Positions 53,234-64,000 of a DNA stretch of 64,000 nucleotides are shown here, in pieces. The position numbers and the translations under genes were made by a program. This DNA is from Nitrospirales bacterium (lineage in GTDB: Bacteria > Nitrospirota > Nitrospiria > Nitrospirales > UBA8639). The stretch covers positions 1,440,001 through 1,504,000 of the forward strand of contig CBDBCZ010000018.1 of the NCBI GenBank assembly GCA_965203295.1. Reading direction: 5' to 3'. The notes under the pieces are model-generated. The model had not been told where the DNA came from, ran no database searches, and worked only from the letters and a program-made list of their open reading frames with translations. Within the stretch, counting starts at the first letter, position 1; every line of letters starts with the position of its first letter.

Positions 53234-53297
53234 CCGTGTCTTGTACTGACAGCCAACTTTGAGATCAGTGCATATTCCTAGCAGAGAGAATTGGAGC

Positions 53298-54685
53298 CGT
53301 ACCTCTCATTTCATGTATTATTGGTATCGAGAACGCGACAATGAACCGACAGCTAGCTAAGAAAAAGAAACCACGAAGTAAATAAATGCGGGGGCGGGGC
53401 ACGCTACGATATGCGCCGCGCGCGTCAATGCTTTTCGCGCCAGCTCACGCAGCTCTCGACTGCACAAGAAAGTTGAACTCTCTAGAATTAAAGTGCGGAA
53501 GAATGAAGTCTCTATTCAAGGAACAGGGAGGTTATAGGTAATATTAAATAATTTGTAGCAAGACCTGACAGTTCCCAATTTATACTCAATGCACCTAGCA
53601 GTTTCACGAGTTCACATGAAACAGTAATTGATTGTAGGTATCTATCAATGGATGCATGTAAAGAACTTTGAGATTGTACTTCTGTAAAATGGAAGCGGCA
53701 ACATACAAGAAAGATTATAGACGTCTGTCAACATTAAGGATTCTGAAGCATCTTGAAGAGTACATATATCGTTATACCACATTACATCACATCCAAGGTG
53801 TTTGATTGGAGCAGAAGAGGAGTATAAAGGGTCATATACTACGTACATTTATGTTTTCATCTTTTAATATACTGCTTTCATGCAGTTTTTATGTATTATG
53901 ACATCGTAAATAACTGCTGCCTCTGGGAATGCTAGCCCAGCGTTTCTAGGTACCTACTCCACCCGATTGATCAAATGTTGTATAAGCCGTATATACCACG
54001 CCTAGGCAAGAAGCGATTGGCCGCCTGTGTATATGTATAGGATATACTCGAAGTATAAACGCGATTACTCCGCTAGGCTGTTTACCCTCGGCTATCGCCT
54101 CAGGTAAACCGTCTAGCGGAGTATATGTATAGGATATACCGCGTCTACGAGGAGTATAAACGCAGATAAACTCCGCTAGACAGTTTATCCGAGGCGTAGC
54201 CGAGGGTAAACCGTCTAGCGGAGTTTATCGCGTTTATACTCCGATTAGGCGTGGTATATCCGGCTTATATCACAGGCGGCCAATCGCTTGCCGTTTGTCA
54301 TCGCCATAGTTACCATTCAGTAGTAATCATTTATTACGTAAACAAAAAACACGTCAACGAACGTGAAAACACGCATGGAAAACATGAAAACAAAATAGTA
54401 GTATAAACACCTTTATACTCCTCTCTGTAGCCAATGAATTTCTCCAAAAGTGATGTAATGTGATATAACTGCGTTTACACTCCTCGTAGACGTGGTATAT
54501 CCTATACTTATAAGGCTAAACAAACTTTCATCACAGCCTCTAGCTACCAGGGGGAATAGAGAGGAACCAAATTCCCAATTTCTTTTACACCTCTAATTAA
54601 TTTTACACATTACTTTTCTTGTCTTTGCCTTTAGTGATTGCTGAAATGAAACATAGGTGGGAGATAATTAGTCACACAGGACACA
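53298..54685. repeat. Segmental duplication copy III (stub), truncated by satellite 3
   Basis: Matches ~37491-38880. Confidence 0.88.
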
Positions 54686-57600
54686 ACTAACATCATTCAA
54701 ACTAAACAAGCCTTTCAATAACCAGTTCTTTTCCTAAAAAGTTAGAAAGGGTCAGATCAATGGTAGCTAGTTACTTTGGCTGAAAGTCTTTGCCTGAGAC
54801 CAACAAAACTAACAATTTTCAATAAAATCCTTCTTTCCTAATCTTCAGACTAACCTCAACCAAACTAAACAAGCCTTTGAATAACCAGTTCCTTTCTTGA
54901 GCATCGATACTTCCTAAACATGTATTGTATCCGACTAACATCATTAAAACTAATCAAGCCTTTGAATAACCAGTTCTTTTCCTAAACAGTTGGGAAGGGT
55001 CAGATCAATGGTAGCTAGATACTTTGGCTCAAAGTCTTTGCTAGAGACCAACAAAACTATCGATTTTCTATAAAATACTTCTTTCCTAATCTGCAGACTA
55101 ACATCAAGCAAACTAAATAAGCATTTGAATAACCAGTTCCTTTCTTGAACATCGATACTTCCTAAGCATGTATTGTATCTGACTAACATCATTAAAACTA
55201 AACAAGCCTTTGAATAACAAGTTCTTTTCCTAAACAGTTGGGAAGGGTCAGATCAATGGTAGCCAGTTACTTTGGCTGAAAGTCTTTGCCTGAGACCAAC
55301 AAAACTAACAATTTTCAATAAAATCCTTCTTTCCTAATCTTCAGGCTAACATCAACAAAACTAAACAGGCCTTTGAATAACCAGCTCTTTTTCTAAACAG
55401 TTGGGAAGGGTCAGAAAAAGGGTAGCAAGTTACTTTGGCTTAAAATCTTTGCTAGAGACAAAAAAACGAACAATTTTAAATAAAATCCTTCTTTCCTAAT
55501 CTGCAGACTAACATCAACCAAACTAAACAAGCCTTTGAATAACCAGTTCCTTTCTTGAACATCGATACTTCCTAAGCATGTATTGTATCTGACTAACATC
55601 ATTCAAACTAAACAAGCCTTTGAAAAACAAGTTCTTTTCCTAAACAGTTGGGAAGGGTCAGATCAATGGTAGCCAGTTACTTTGGCTGAAAGTCTTTGCC
55701 TGAGACCAACAAAACTAACAATTTTCAATAAAATCCTTTTTTCCTAATCTTCAGACTAACATCAACCAAACTAAAAAAAGGCTTTCAATAACCAGTTCCT
55801 TTCTTGAACATCGATACTTCCTAAACATGTATTGTATCCGACTAACATCATTAAAACTAATCAAGCCTTTGAATAACCAGTTCTTTTCCTAAACAGTTGG
55901 GAAGGATCAGATGAATGGTAGCTAGTTACTTTGGCTAAAAGTCTTTGCTAGAGACAAAAAAACGAACAATTTTAAATAAAATCCTTCTTTCCTAATCTGC
56001 AGACTAACATCAACCAAACTAAACAAGCCTTTGAATAACCAGTTCCTTTCTTGAACATCGATACTTCCTATGCATGTATTGTATCTGACTAACATCATTC
56101 AAACTAAACAAGCCTTTGAATAAAAAGTTCTTTTCCTAAACAGTTGGGAAGGGTCAGATCAATGGTAGCCAGTTACTTTTGCTGAAAGTCTTTGCCTGAG
56201 ACCAACAAAACTAACAATTTTCAATAAAATCCTTTTTTCCTAATCTTCAGACTAACATCAACCAAACTAAACAAGCCTTTGAATAACCAGTTCCTTTCTT
56301 GAACATCGATACTTCCTAAGCGTGTATTGTATCTGACTAACATCATTCAAGCTAAACAGGCCTTTGAATAACCAGTTCTTTTTCTAAACAGTTGGGAAGG
56401 GTCAGATAAATGGTAGATAGTTACTTTGGCTTAAAGTCTTTGCTAGAGACCAACAAAACTAACAATTTGCAATAAAATCCTTCTTTCCTAATCTTCAGAC
56501 TAACATTATTCAAACTAAACAAGCCTTTGAATAACCAGTTCTTTTCCTAAACAGTTAGGAAGGGTCAGATCAATGGTAGCTAGTTACTTTGGCTGAAAGT
56601 CTTTGCTTGAGACCAACAAAACTAACAATTTTCAATAAAATCCTTCTTTCCTAATCTTCAGACTAACATCATTCAAACTAAACAAGCCTTTGAATAACCA
56701 GTTCTTTTCCTAAACAGTTAGGAAGGGTCAGATCAATGGTAGCTAGTTACTTTGGCTTAAAGTCTTTGCTAGAGACCAACAAAACTAACAATATTCAATA
56801 AAATCCTTCTTTCCTAATCTTCAGACTGACATCATTCAAACTAAACAGGCCTTTGAATAACCAGTTCTTTTCCTAAACAGTTGGGATGGGTCAGATCAAA
56901 GGTAGCTAGATACTTTGGCTTAAAGTCTTTGCTAGAGACCAACAAAACAAACAATTTTCAATAAAATCCTTCTTTCCTAATCTTCAGACTAACATCAACA
57001 AAACTAAACAAGCCTTTGAATAACCAGTTCCTTTCTTGAACATTGATACTTCCTAAGCATGTATTGTATCTGACTAATATCATTCAAACAAAACAAGCCT
57101 TTGAATAACCAGCTCTTTTTCTAAATAGTTGGGAAGGATCAGATCAATGGTAGCCAGTTACTTTGGCTTAAAGTCTTTGCAAGAGACAAACAAAACTAAC
57201 AATTATCAATAAAATCCTTCTTTCCTAATCTTCAGGCTAACATCAACAAAACTAAACAGGCCTTTGAATAACCAGTTCTTTTTCTAAACAGTTCGGAAGG
57301 GTCAGATAAATGGTAGCTAGTTACTTTGGCTTAAAGTCTTTGCTAGAGACCAACAAAATTAACAATTTTCAATAAAATCCTTCTTTCCTAATCTTCAGAC
57401 TAACATCATTCAAACTAAACAAGCCTTTGAATAACCAGTTCTTTTCCTAAACTGTTAGGAAGGGTCAGATCAATGGTAGCTAGTTACTTTGGCTGAAAGT
57501 CTTCGCCTGAGACCAACAAAACTAACAATTTTCAATAAAATCCTTCTTTCCTAATAATCAGACTAACATCAAGCAAACTAAATAAGCATTTGAATAACCA

Positions 57601-60600
57601 GTTCCTTTCTTGAACATTGATACTTCCTAAGGATGTATTGAATCTGACGAATATCATTCAAACAAAACAAGCCTTTAAATAACCAGCTCATTTTCTAAAT
57701 AGTTCGGAAGAATCAGATAAATGGTAGCTAGTAACTTTGGCTTAAAGTCTTTGCTAGAGACCAACAAAACTAACAATTTTCAATAAAATCCTTTTTTCCT
57801 AATCTTCAGGCTAACATCAACAAAACTAAACAGGCCTTTGAATAAACAGTTCTTTTTCTAAACAGTTGGAAAGGGTCAGATAAATGGTAGCTAGTTACTT
57901 TGGCTTAAAGTCTTTGCTAGAGACCAACTAAACTAACAATTTTCAATAAAATCCTTCTTTCCTAATCTTCAGACTAACATCAACCAAACTAAACAAGCCT
58001 TTGAATAACCAGTTCCTTTCTTGAACATCGATACTTCCTAAACATGTATTGTATCCGACTAACATCATTAAAACAATTCAAGCCTTTTAATAACCAGTTC
58101 TTTTCCTAAACAGTTGGGAAGGGTCAGATCAATGGTAGCTAGTTACTTTGGCTCAAAGTTTTTGCTAGAGACCAACAAAACTAACGATTTTCAATAAAAT
58201 CCTTGTTTCCTAATATTAAGACTAACATCAACCAAACTAAACAAGCCTTCGAATAACCAGTTCCTTTCTTGAACATCGATACTTCCTAAGCGTGTATTGT
58301 ATCTGACTAACATCATTCAAACTAAACAAGCCTTTGAATAACCAGTTCTTTTCCTAAACAGTTGGGAAGGGTCAGATCAATGGTAGCCAGTTACTTTGGA
58401 TGAAAGTCTTTGCCTGAGACAAACAAAATTAACAATTTTCAATAAAATCCTTCTTTCTTAATCTTCAGACTAACATTAACCAAACTAAACAAGCCTTTGA
58501 ATAACCAGTTCCTTTCTTGAACATCGATACTTCCTAAGCGTGTATTGTATCTGACTAACATCATTCAAACTAAACAGGCCTTTGAATAACCAGTTCATTT
58601 TCTAAACAGTTGGGAAGGGTTAGATAAATGGTAGCTAGTTACTTTGGCTTAAAGTCTTTGCTAGAGACCAACAAAACTAACAATTTTCAATAAAATCCTT
58701 CTTTTCAAATCTTCCGACTAACATCATTCAAACTAAACAAGCCTTTGAATAACCAGTTCTTTTCCTAAACAGTTAGGAAGGGTCAGATCAATGGTAGCTA
58801 GTTACTTTGGCTGAAAGTCTTTGCCTGAGACCAACAAAACTAACAATTTTCAATAAAATCCTTCTTTCCTAATCATCAGACTAACATCAAGCAAACTAAA
58901 TAAGCATTTGAATAACCAGTTCCTTTCTTGAACATTGATACTTCCTAAGCATGTATTGAATCTGACGAATATCATTCAAACAAAACAAGCCTTTAAATAA
59001 CCAGCTCATTTTCTAAATAGTTCGGAAGGGTCAGATAAATGGTAGCTAGTAACTTTGGCTTAAAGTCTTTGCTAGAGACCAACAAAACTAACAATTTTCA
59101 ATAAAATCCTTCTTTCCTAATCTTCAGGCTAACATCAACAAAACTAAACAGGCCTTTGAATAAACAGTTCTTTTCCAAAACAGTTGGGAAGGGTCAGATC
59201 AATGGTAGCTAGTTACTTTGGCTGAAAGTCTTTGCTAGAGACCAACAAAACTAACAATTTTCAATAAAATCCTTCTTTCCTAATCTTCAGACTAACATCA
59301 ACGAAACTAAACAAGCCCTTGAATAACAAGTTCCTTTCTTGAACATCGATACTTCCTAAGCGTGTATTGTATCTGACTAACATCATTCAAACTAAACAAG
59401 CCTTTGAATAACCAGTTCTTTTTCTAAACAGTTGGGAAGTGTCAGATCAATGGTAGCTACTGACTTTGCCTTAAAGTCTTTGCCAGAGACAAACAAATCT
59501 AACAATTTTCAATGAAATCCTTCTTTCCTAATCTTCAGACTAACATCAACCAAACTAAACAAGCCTTTGAATAACCATGCAGTTCCGGTCTTGAACATCG
59601 ATACTTCCTAAGCATGTATTGTATCCGACTAACATCATTCAAACTAAACAAGCTATTAAATCTTAAACCAATTACTTTCCTAGACAGTTGGGAAGGGTCA
59701 GATAAATGGTAGCTAGTTGTTTTGTTTGAAAGTTTCCTGAGACCAATAAAGCTAAAATTGTACCAATTATTAGTGAAAACCCTTACTTTCTAAGCATGTA
59801 TGTATTGTATCTGACTAACATCATTCAAACTAAACAAATGATTGAATCATAAACCAGTTCCTTTCCAAGACAGTTGGGAGGGGTCAGATCAATGGTAGCT
59901 AGATACTTTGGCTGAAAGTTTTTACCTGAGACCAACAAACTAACAATTTTCAATAAAATCCTCCTTTCCTAATCTTCAGACTGACATCAACTAAACTAAA
60001 CAAGCCTTTGAATAACCAGTTCCTTTCTTGAACATCGATACTTCCAAAGGATGTATTGTATTTCACTAACATCATTCAAACTAAACAAGCCTTTGAATAA
60101 CAAGTTCTTTTCCTAAACAGTTGGGAAGGGTCAGATCAATGGTAGCTAGTTACTTTGGCTTAAAGTCTTTGCTAGAGACCAACAAAACTAACAATTTTCA
60201 ATAAAATCCTTCTTTCCTAATCAATGGTAGCTAGTTACTTTGGCTTAAAGTCTTTGCTAGAGACCATCAAAACTAACAATTTTCAATAAAATACTTCTTT
60301 CCTAATCTGCAGACTAACATCAACCAAACTAAACAAGCCTTTGAATAACCAGTTCCTTTCTTGAACATCGATACTTCCTAAGCATGTATTGTATTTGACT
60401 AACATCATTCAAACTTAACAAGCCTTTGAATAACAGGTTCTTTTCCTAAACAGTTAGGAAGGGTCAGATCAATGGTAGCCAGTTACTTTGGCTGAAAGTC
60501 TTTGCCTTAGACCAACAAAACTAACGATTTTCAATAAAATCCTTCTTTCCTAATATTCAGACTAACATCAACCAAACTAAACAAGCCTTTGAATAACCAG

Positions 60601-60709
60601 TTCCTTTCTTGAACATCGATACTTCCTAAGCATGTATTGTATCTGACTAACATCATTCAAACTAAACAAGCCTTTGCATAACCAGTTCTTTTCCTAAACA
60701 GTTGGGAAG
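54686..60709. repeat. Satellite family 3: 163-bp (A) and 85-bp (B) monomers sharing a ~45-50-bp head, mostly as 248-bp AB dimers
   Basis: Head ACTAACATCA..CAAACTAAACAAGCCTTTGAATAACCAGTTC. A was measured over 56499-56661 and B over 55507-55591. Confidence 0.95.
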
Positions 60710-61176
60710 AATTAATGGTATGGCTCATAAAAGCCTATGACTATAATCAGAGCCGAGTTCTGAAAGTATGATTTTGTACGCGTGATATGGGGCCGCCATT
60801 TTTTTCCCGTGCCATCCCTACATATGGAGTACTACCGTACTCCATGATAAATGGCTGCATATCACAATTGTACTTTACCATACAGTTAGTGTCAGTCATA
60901 GTAGAAATTACTAGAGCAGTTAACTATCAAAACCACAGCCTCTTTACTTCGTCAGCAATTAAGTCACTTAGCCTGCTAAAATTTAATGGATTGAATTTAA
61001 TTGGCCTGTTTTCAGCCCCTGACATCTCAAAATTCATTGCGTCAGAAATACTGGAATGGGTTCATTATACAATGAGTATCAAATATACTGACTGTACTCA
61101 CCCAGCATGCTCCATGGCTCTCCCAGCACTGGAACCGACGTCATTAAGGCTTTGTCAGCCGCATAACTGTATGCAG

Positions 61177-61410
<234 letters not shown>

Positions 61411-61983
61411 TGAATGCTCTCACGTATCAGCTTGTCACTTACAGGCTGTTTTATGGTAAGATGGACTGCCTGCCAGCACGTGTTGGTCTATTTAAAGCCT
61501 ACCTTCAATCGTGCATGAAAGCAAGGTTTATACATTTATGAAAGAGGGCCCAGAATAAACAATGTACATTCAAAACCGACAAAGTATAAAAGGAGTAGTG
61601 TTGACCCTGACTAGAAATGGGCAGCCTCACATGCCAGTTACATAGCTGACCTTGACAAGAGACCTTCCCCCCCCCATGCACATGCAGGCGAATGCCTTCC
61701 TGATGCTGACTGGAGTACAAATTGAAACCTATACTACACACATTCTCAAACATATTCTATTCCAATACCTAAACATTTGTTACCACTTCCCAAAAAAACG
61801 CCCATAACAAGTTACAGAAAAAGCACTTTTCTAAAAAGTGCAAAAACAAGTCATGTAGGGATGGACTTTCACCAAAAAACAGTTCCCCAAAAACCAATGA
61901 AACAAGCGACAATGCACAACGCAATGCGTGCACAGACAACCCACCCATCACAGCGCAATGCATTTATTGCGTAGCTACCATCT

Positions 61984-62600
61984 CTACATCTTTCCAACCA
62001 CACCCACCACAATCCGTACCTCGCCCCCATACTTAACTGCACCCCAATACTTCCTTCAACACACACAACCATCCACAATCATCACTATCATATATATACC
62101 ACCCTTACATCCTTATCCACAATCATTAATGGCTACATTATAAAACACAACACCCCACACTACAGCCAACCCAAACCTTCACAGGAACGCTAGCTACTCC
62201 CATCAAAATTCACTTCACTCCACGAATCCCACATTCTCAAGCACAAACCAAGCAGAGCAATTCCTCACAACATCAACCACCATACAACACACTCAACAAA
62301 GTTGACAACACTCAATCTATACTTTACCAACACACCCACACAGACCTCCCCTACAAAGAACCTGCACATACAAACACTCTCAAAACTTCATCACACTCAA
62401 CAACCAAACACAACCAAAGTCCCTATACAAACATGACTCCACCCTCAATGACTCACTAGTCCAACATATACACCATGAACACTTTCAGCTACCCTCCACA
62501 ACCTCCAACATACTAGTCATAATTAGCAATATACACACACCAAATTACACTACCACTGTTCACATCTCACATATACATGATTGTGGTTGGAAAGATGTAG
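61984..62600. mobile_element. ~620-bp element with perfect 19-bp inverted repeats and a G-depleted interior
   Basis: CTACATCTTTCCAACCACA (61984-62002) and TGTGGTTGGAAAGATGTAG (62582-62600). Confidence 0.6.
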
Positions 62601-63493
62601 GGAGAAGATGCTAGCTCTTTCCAGCGACTACAAGACTTAGTCTCGCGATGTCAGGCACTTTAACACAAAAGGTTAGTTGCGGTATAGTCCTAGCTGTAAG
62701 TGAAAGCCAAGCAGAGATATAACTGCTATGCTAGGCTAACCATGTTGATGTGCATTAAATGGAGTCGGTGCCGTTCGCCTGCATGTAGCCTGTGGTATAG
62801 CTAGGCTACAGTGCTAGCTCGCCTGTTTGGTCTAGCAGCTGTTTGTAGTCTCTCCTCTGAGTCACTGCCTCTGGTTAGAATGTGGTGAACATGCAAGCAG
62901 CCATGCTGAGAATAAAATCAGTGCCATTCACTTGATATGCAGCTAGGCTATGGCTGTGAAGAGCTAGGCTGTAGTCCCAGAATGCCTAAACTGTTTTACA
63001 GCTGATTGTAGTCTTCTCTGTAGCGCTGTCTCCACACTTCAATCTGCCAGCAACACTACTAGCTAAATGTACCCTACAAACCAACAAATCGCATGCAGAT
63101 TACATCTTTAATCTCTATCTGTATAGAGCGAGCGCAGCGAGCGAGTTCAACAAACACAAGTAGTTGTGCGAGCGAAGCGAGCACAACTACTTGTAATTTT
63201 AAAGCAGATTAAATTGGCCAGTAAAAACAAATGTAAACACTCACAGCCAGCAGCTCTTTGGGATCAAACATTGACTCCTTGTCTTCAGCTGCTTTCTTCT
63301 TTCGCTCTGTAATGAGTCTGTAGGACAACAGGGAGACAGGCACACACGTTATCTAATAGGTAACTATTCTGTAGGTCCACACAAGTGGCCCACTACCACA
63401 TGGAAACATCACTGTGGTCATGTACTTTGATTCTGCAAGAAACAATGCGAATGTAGCTAGGTCTACATGATATGTGAAATTAGTTACAGGAAA

Positions 63494-64000
63494 TTATAAA
63501 AGTGATCGAGTGAAGACAGCACGTACATACCAAAACCTTCTCACAACACTGTGTAAGTGATTAAGTTTTTTTCCTTTCACGATCACAATCTGTACATGTC
63601 TATCCAATGAACCATTATTAACAAATTCAATCCCCAAGAAACTGTAACTTGCAACCCTTGGAATGTCTTTATCTCCCCACTTCCGTGTGAATGTACCTGT
63701 ACCAACCTCCATGGAAAATACTATAACAGCACTCTCCTTTACAAAATTCCTGTACTACATTAATCAACGTTTGTAAGTCCTCAGTATTTGTAATTAAACC
63801 TACAAAATTATCAGCAAACATTAGACCCCCAACATATAACATCAGTCTTAATAGTTGTGCCAATCCCAGCCTTTGTGATCTCATCTAACAACTGATTGGA
63901 AAATACATGCAGGATAGGAGACATATTACAACCCGTACCACCCGACCTATATTGAATGATTGGATTTTAATCCCTCCAGTAAAACAGCACTCTGTGCGAT
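63494..64000 (-). mobile_element. Degenerate non-LTR reverse transcriptase fragment running off the window end
   Basis: GCNVSPIL, GGLMFADNFVG..EDLQTLINVV and WGDKDIPRVASYSFLGIEF occur across frameshifted ORFs. Confidence 0.8.

Larger units (their letters stand above)
37491..53297. repeat. Segmental duplication copy II (~15.8 kb)
   Basis: Colinear with copy I but with different internal deletions. Confidence 0.92.

Noticed and set aside
54950..55602. Repeated ORFs MMLVRYNTCLGS
   Set aside because: Translations of satellite 3.

Overview
Eukaryotic, repeat-rich animal DNA with spliceosomal introns; the short TAGTCTCG/TAGCCTCG inverted-repeat elements resemble those of sponge-type invertebrates, but that attribution is tentative. 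There are no operons or CRISPR arrays. Layout: (1) 1-8450, a modular satellite with a ~1.26-kb higher-order period that decays after a Penelope GIY-YIG fragment. (2) 8700-11070, small duplications, MITEs and a microsatellite. (3) 11087-~15300, a near full-length CR1-group LINE (PHD ORF1; APE+RT ORF2) broken by three frameshifts. (4) ~15680-54685, a tandem segmental duplication (two long copies plus a stub). Each copy carries a CpG-rich promoter-like block, a second modular satellite, a CDC50/TMEM30 gene with a U12-type intron, and CEP78 remnants; the copies have complementary deletions. (5) 54686-60709, a third satellite of 163-bp and 85-bp monomers. (6) 60710-64000, a SINE, a G-depleted TIR element, GNA-loop hairpins and an RT relic. 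The best leads are: a Ginger-like transposon collapsing in situ into a MITE, P-element-like excision footprints, strand-specific G depletion inside a TIR loop, the minor intron, and a frame-compatible CEP78-CDC50 junction. No wholly new multi-gene system can be supported from the sequence alone.
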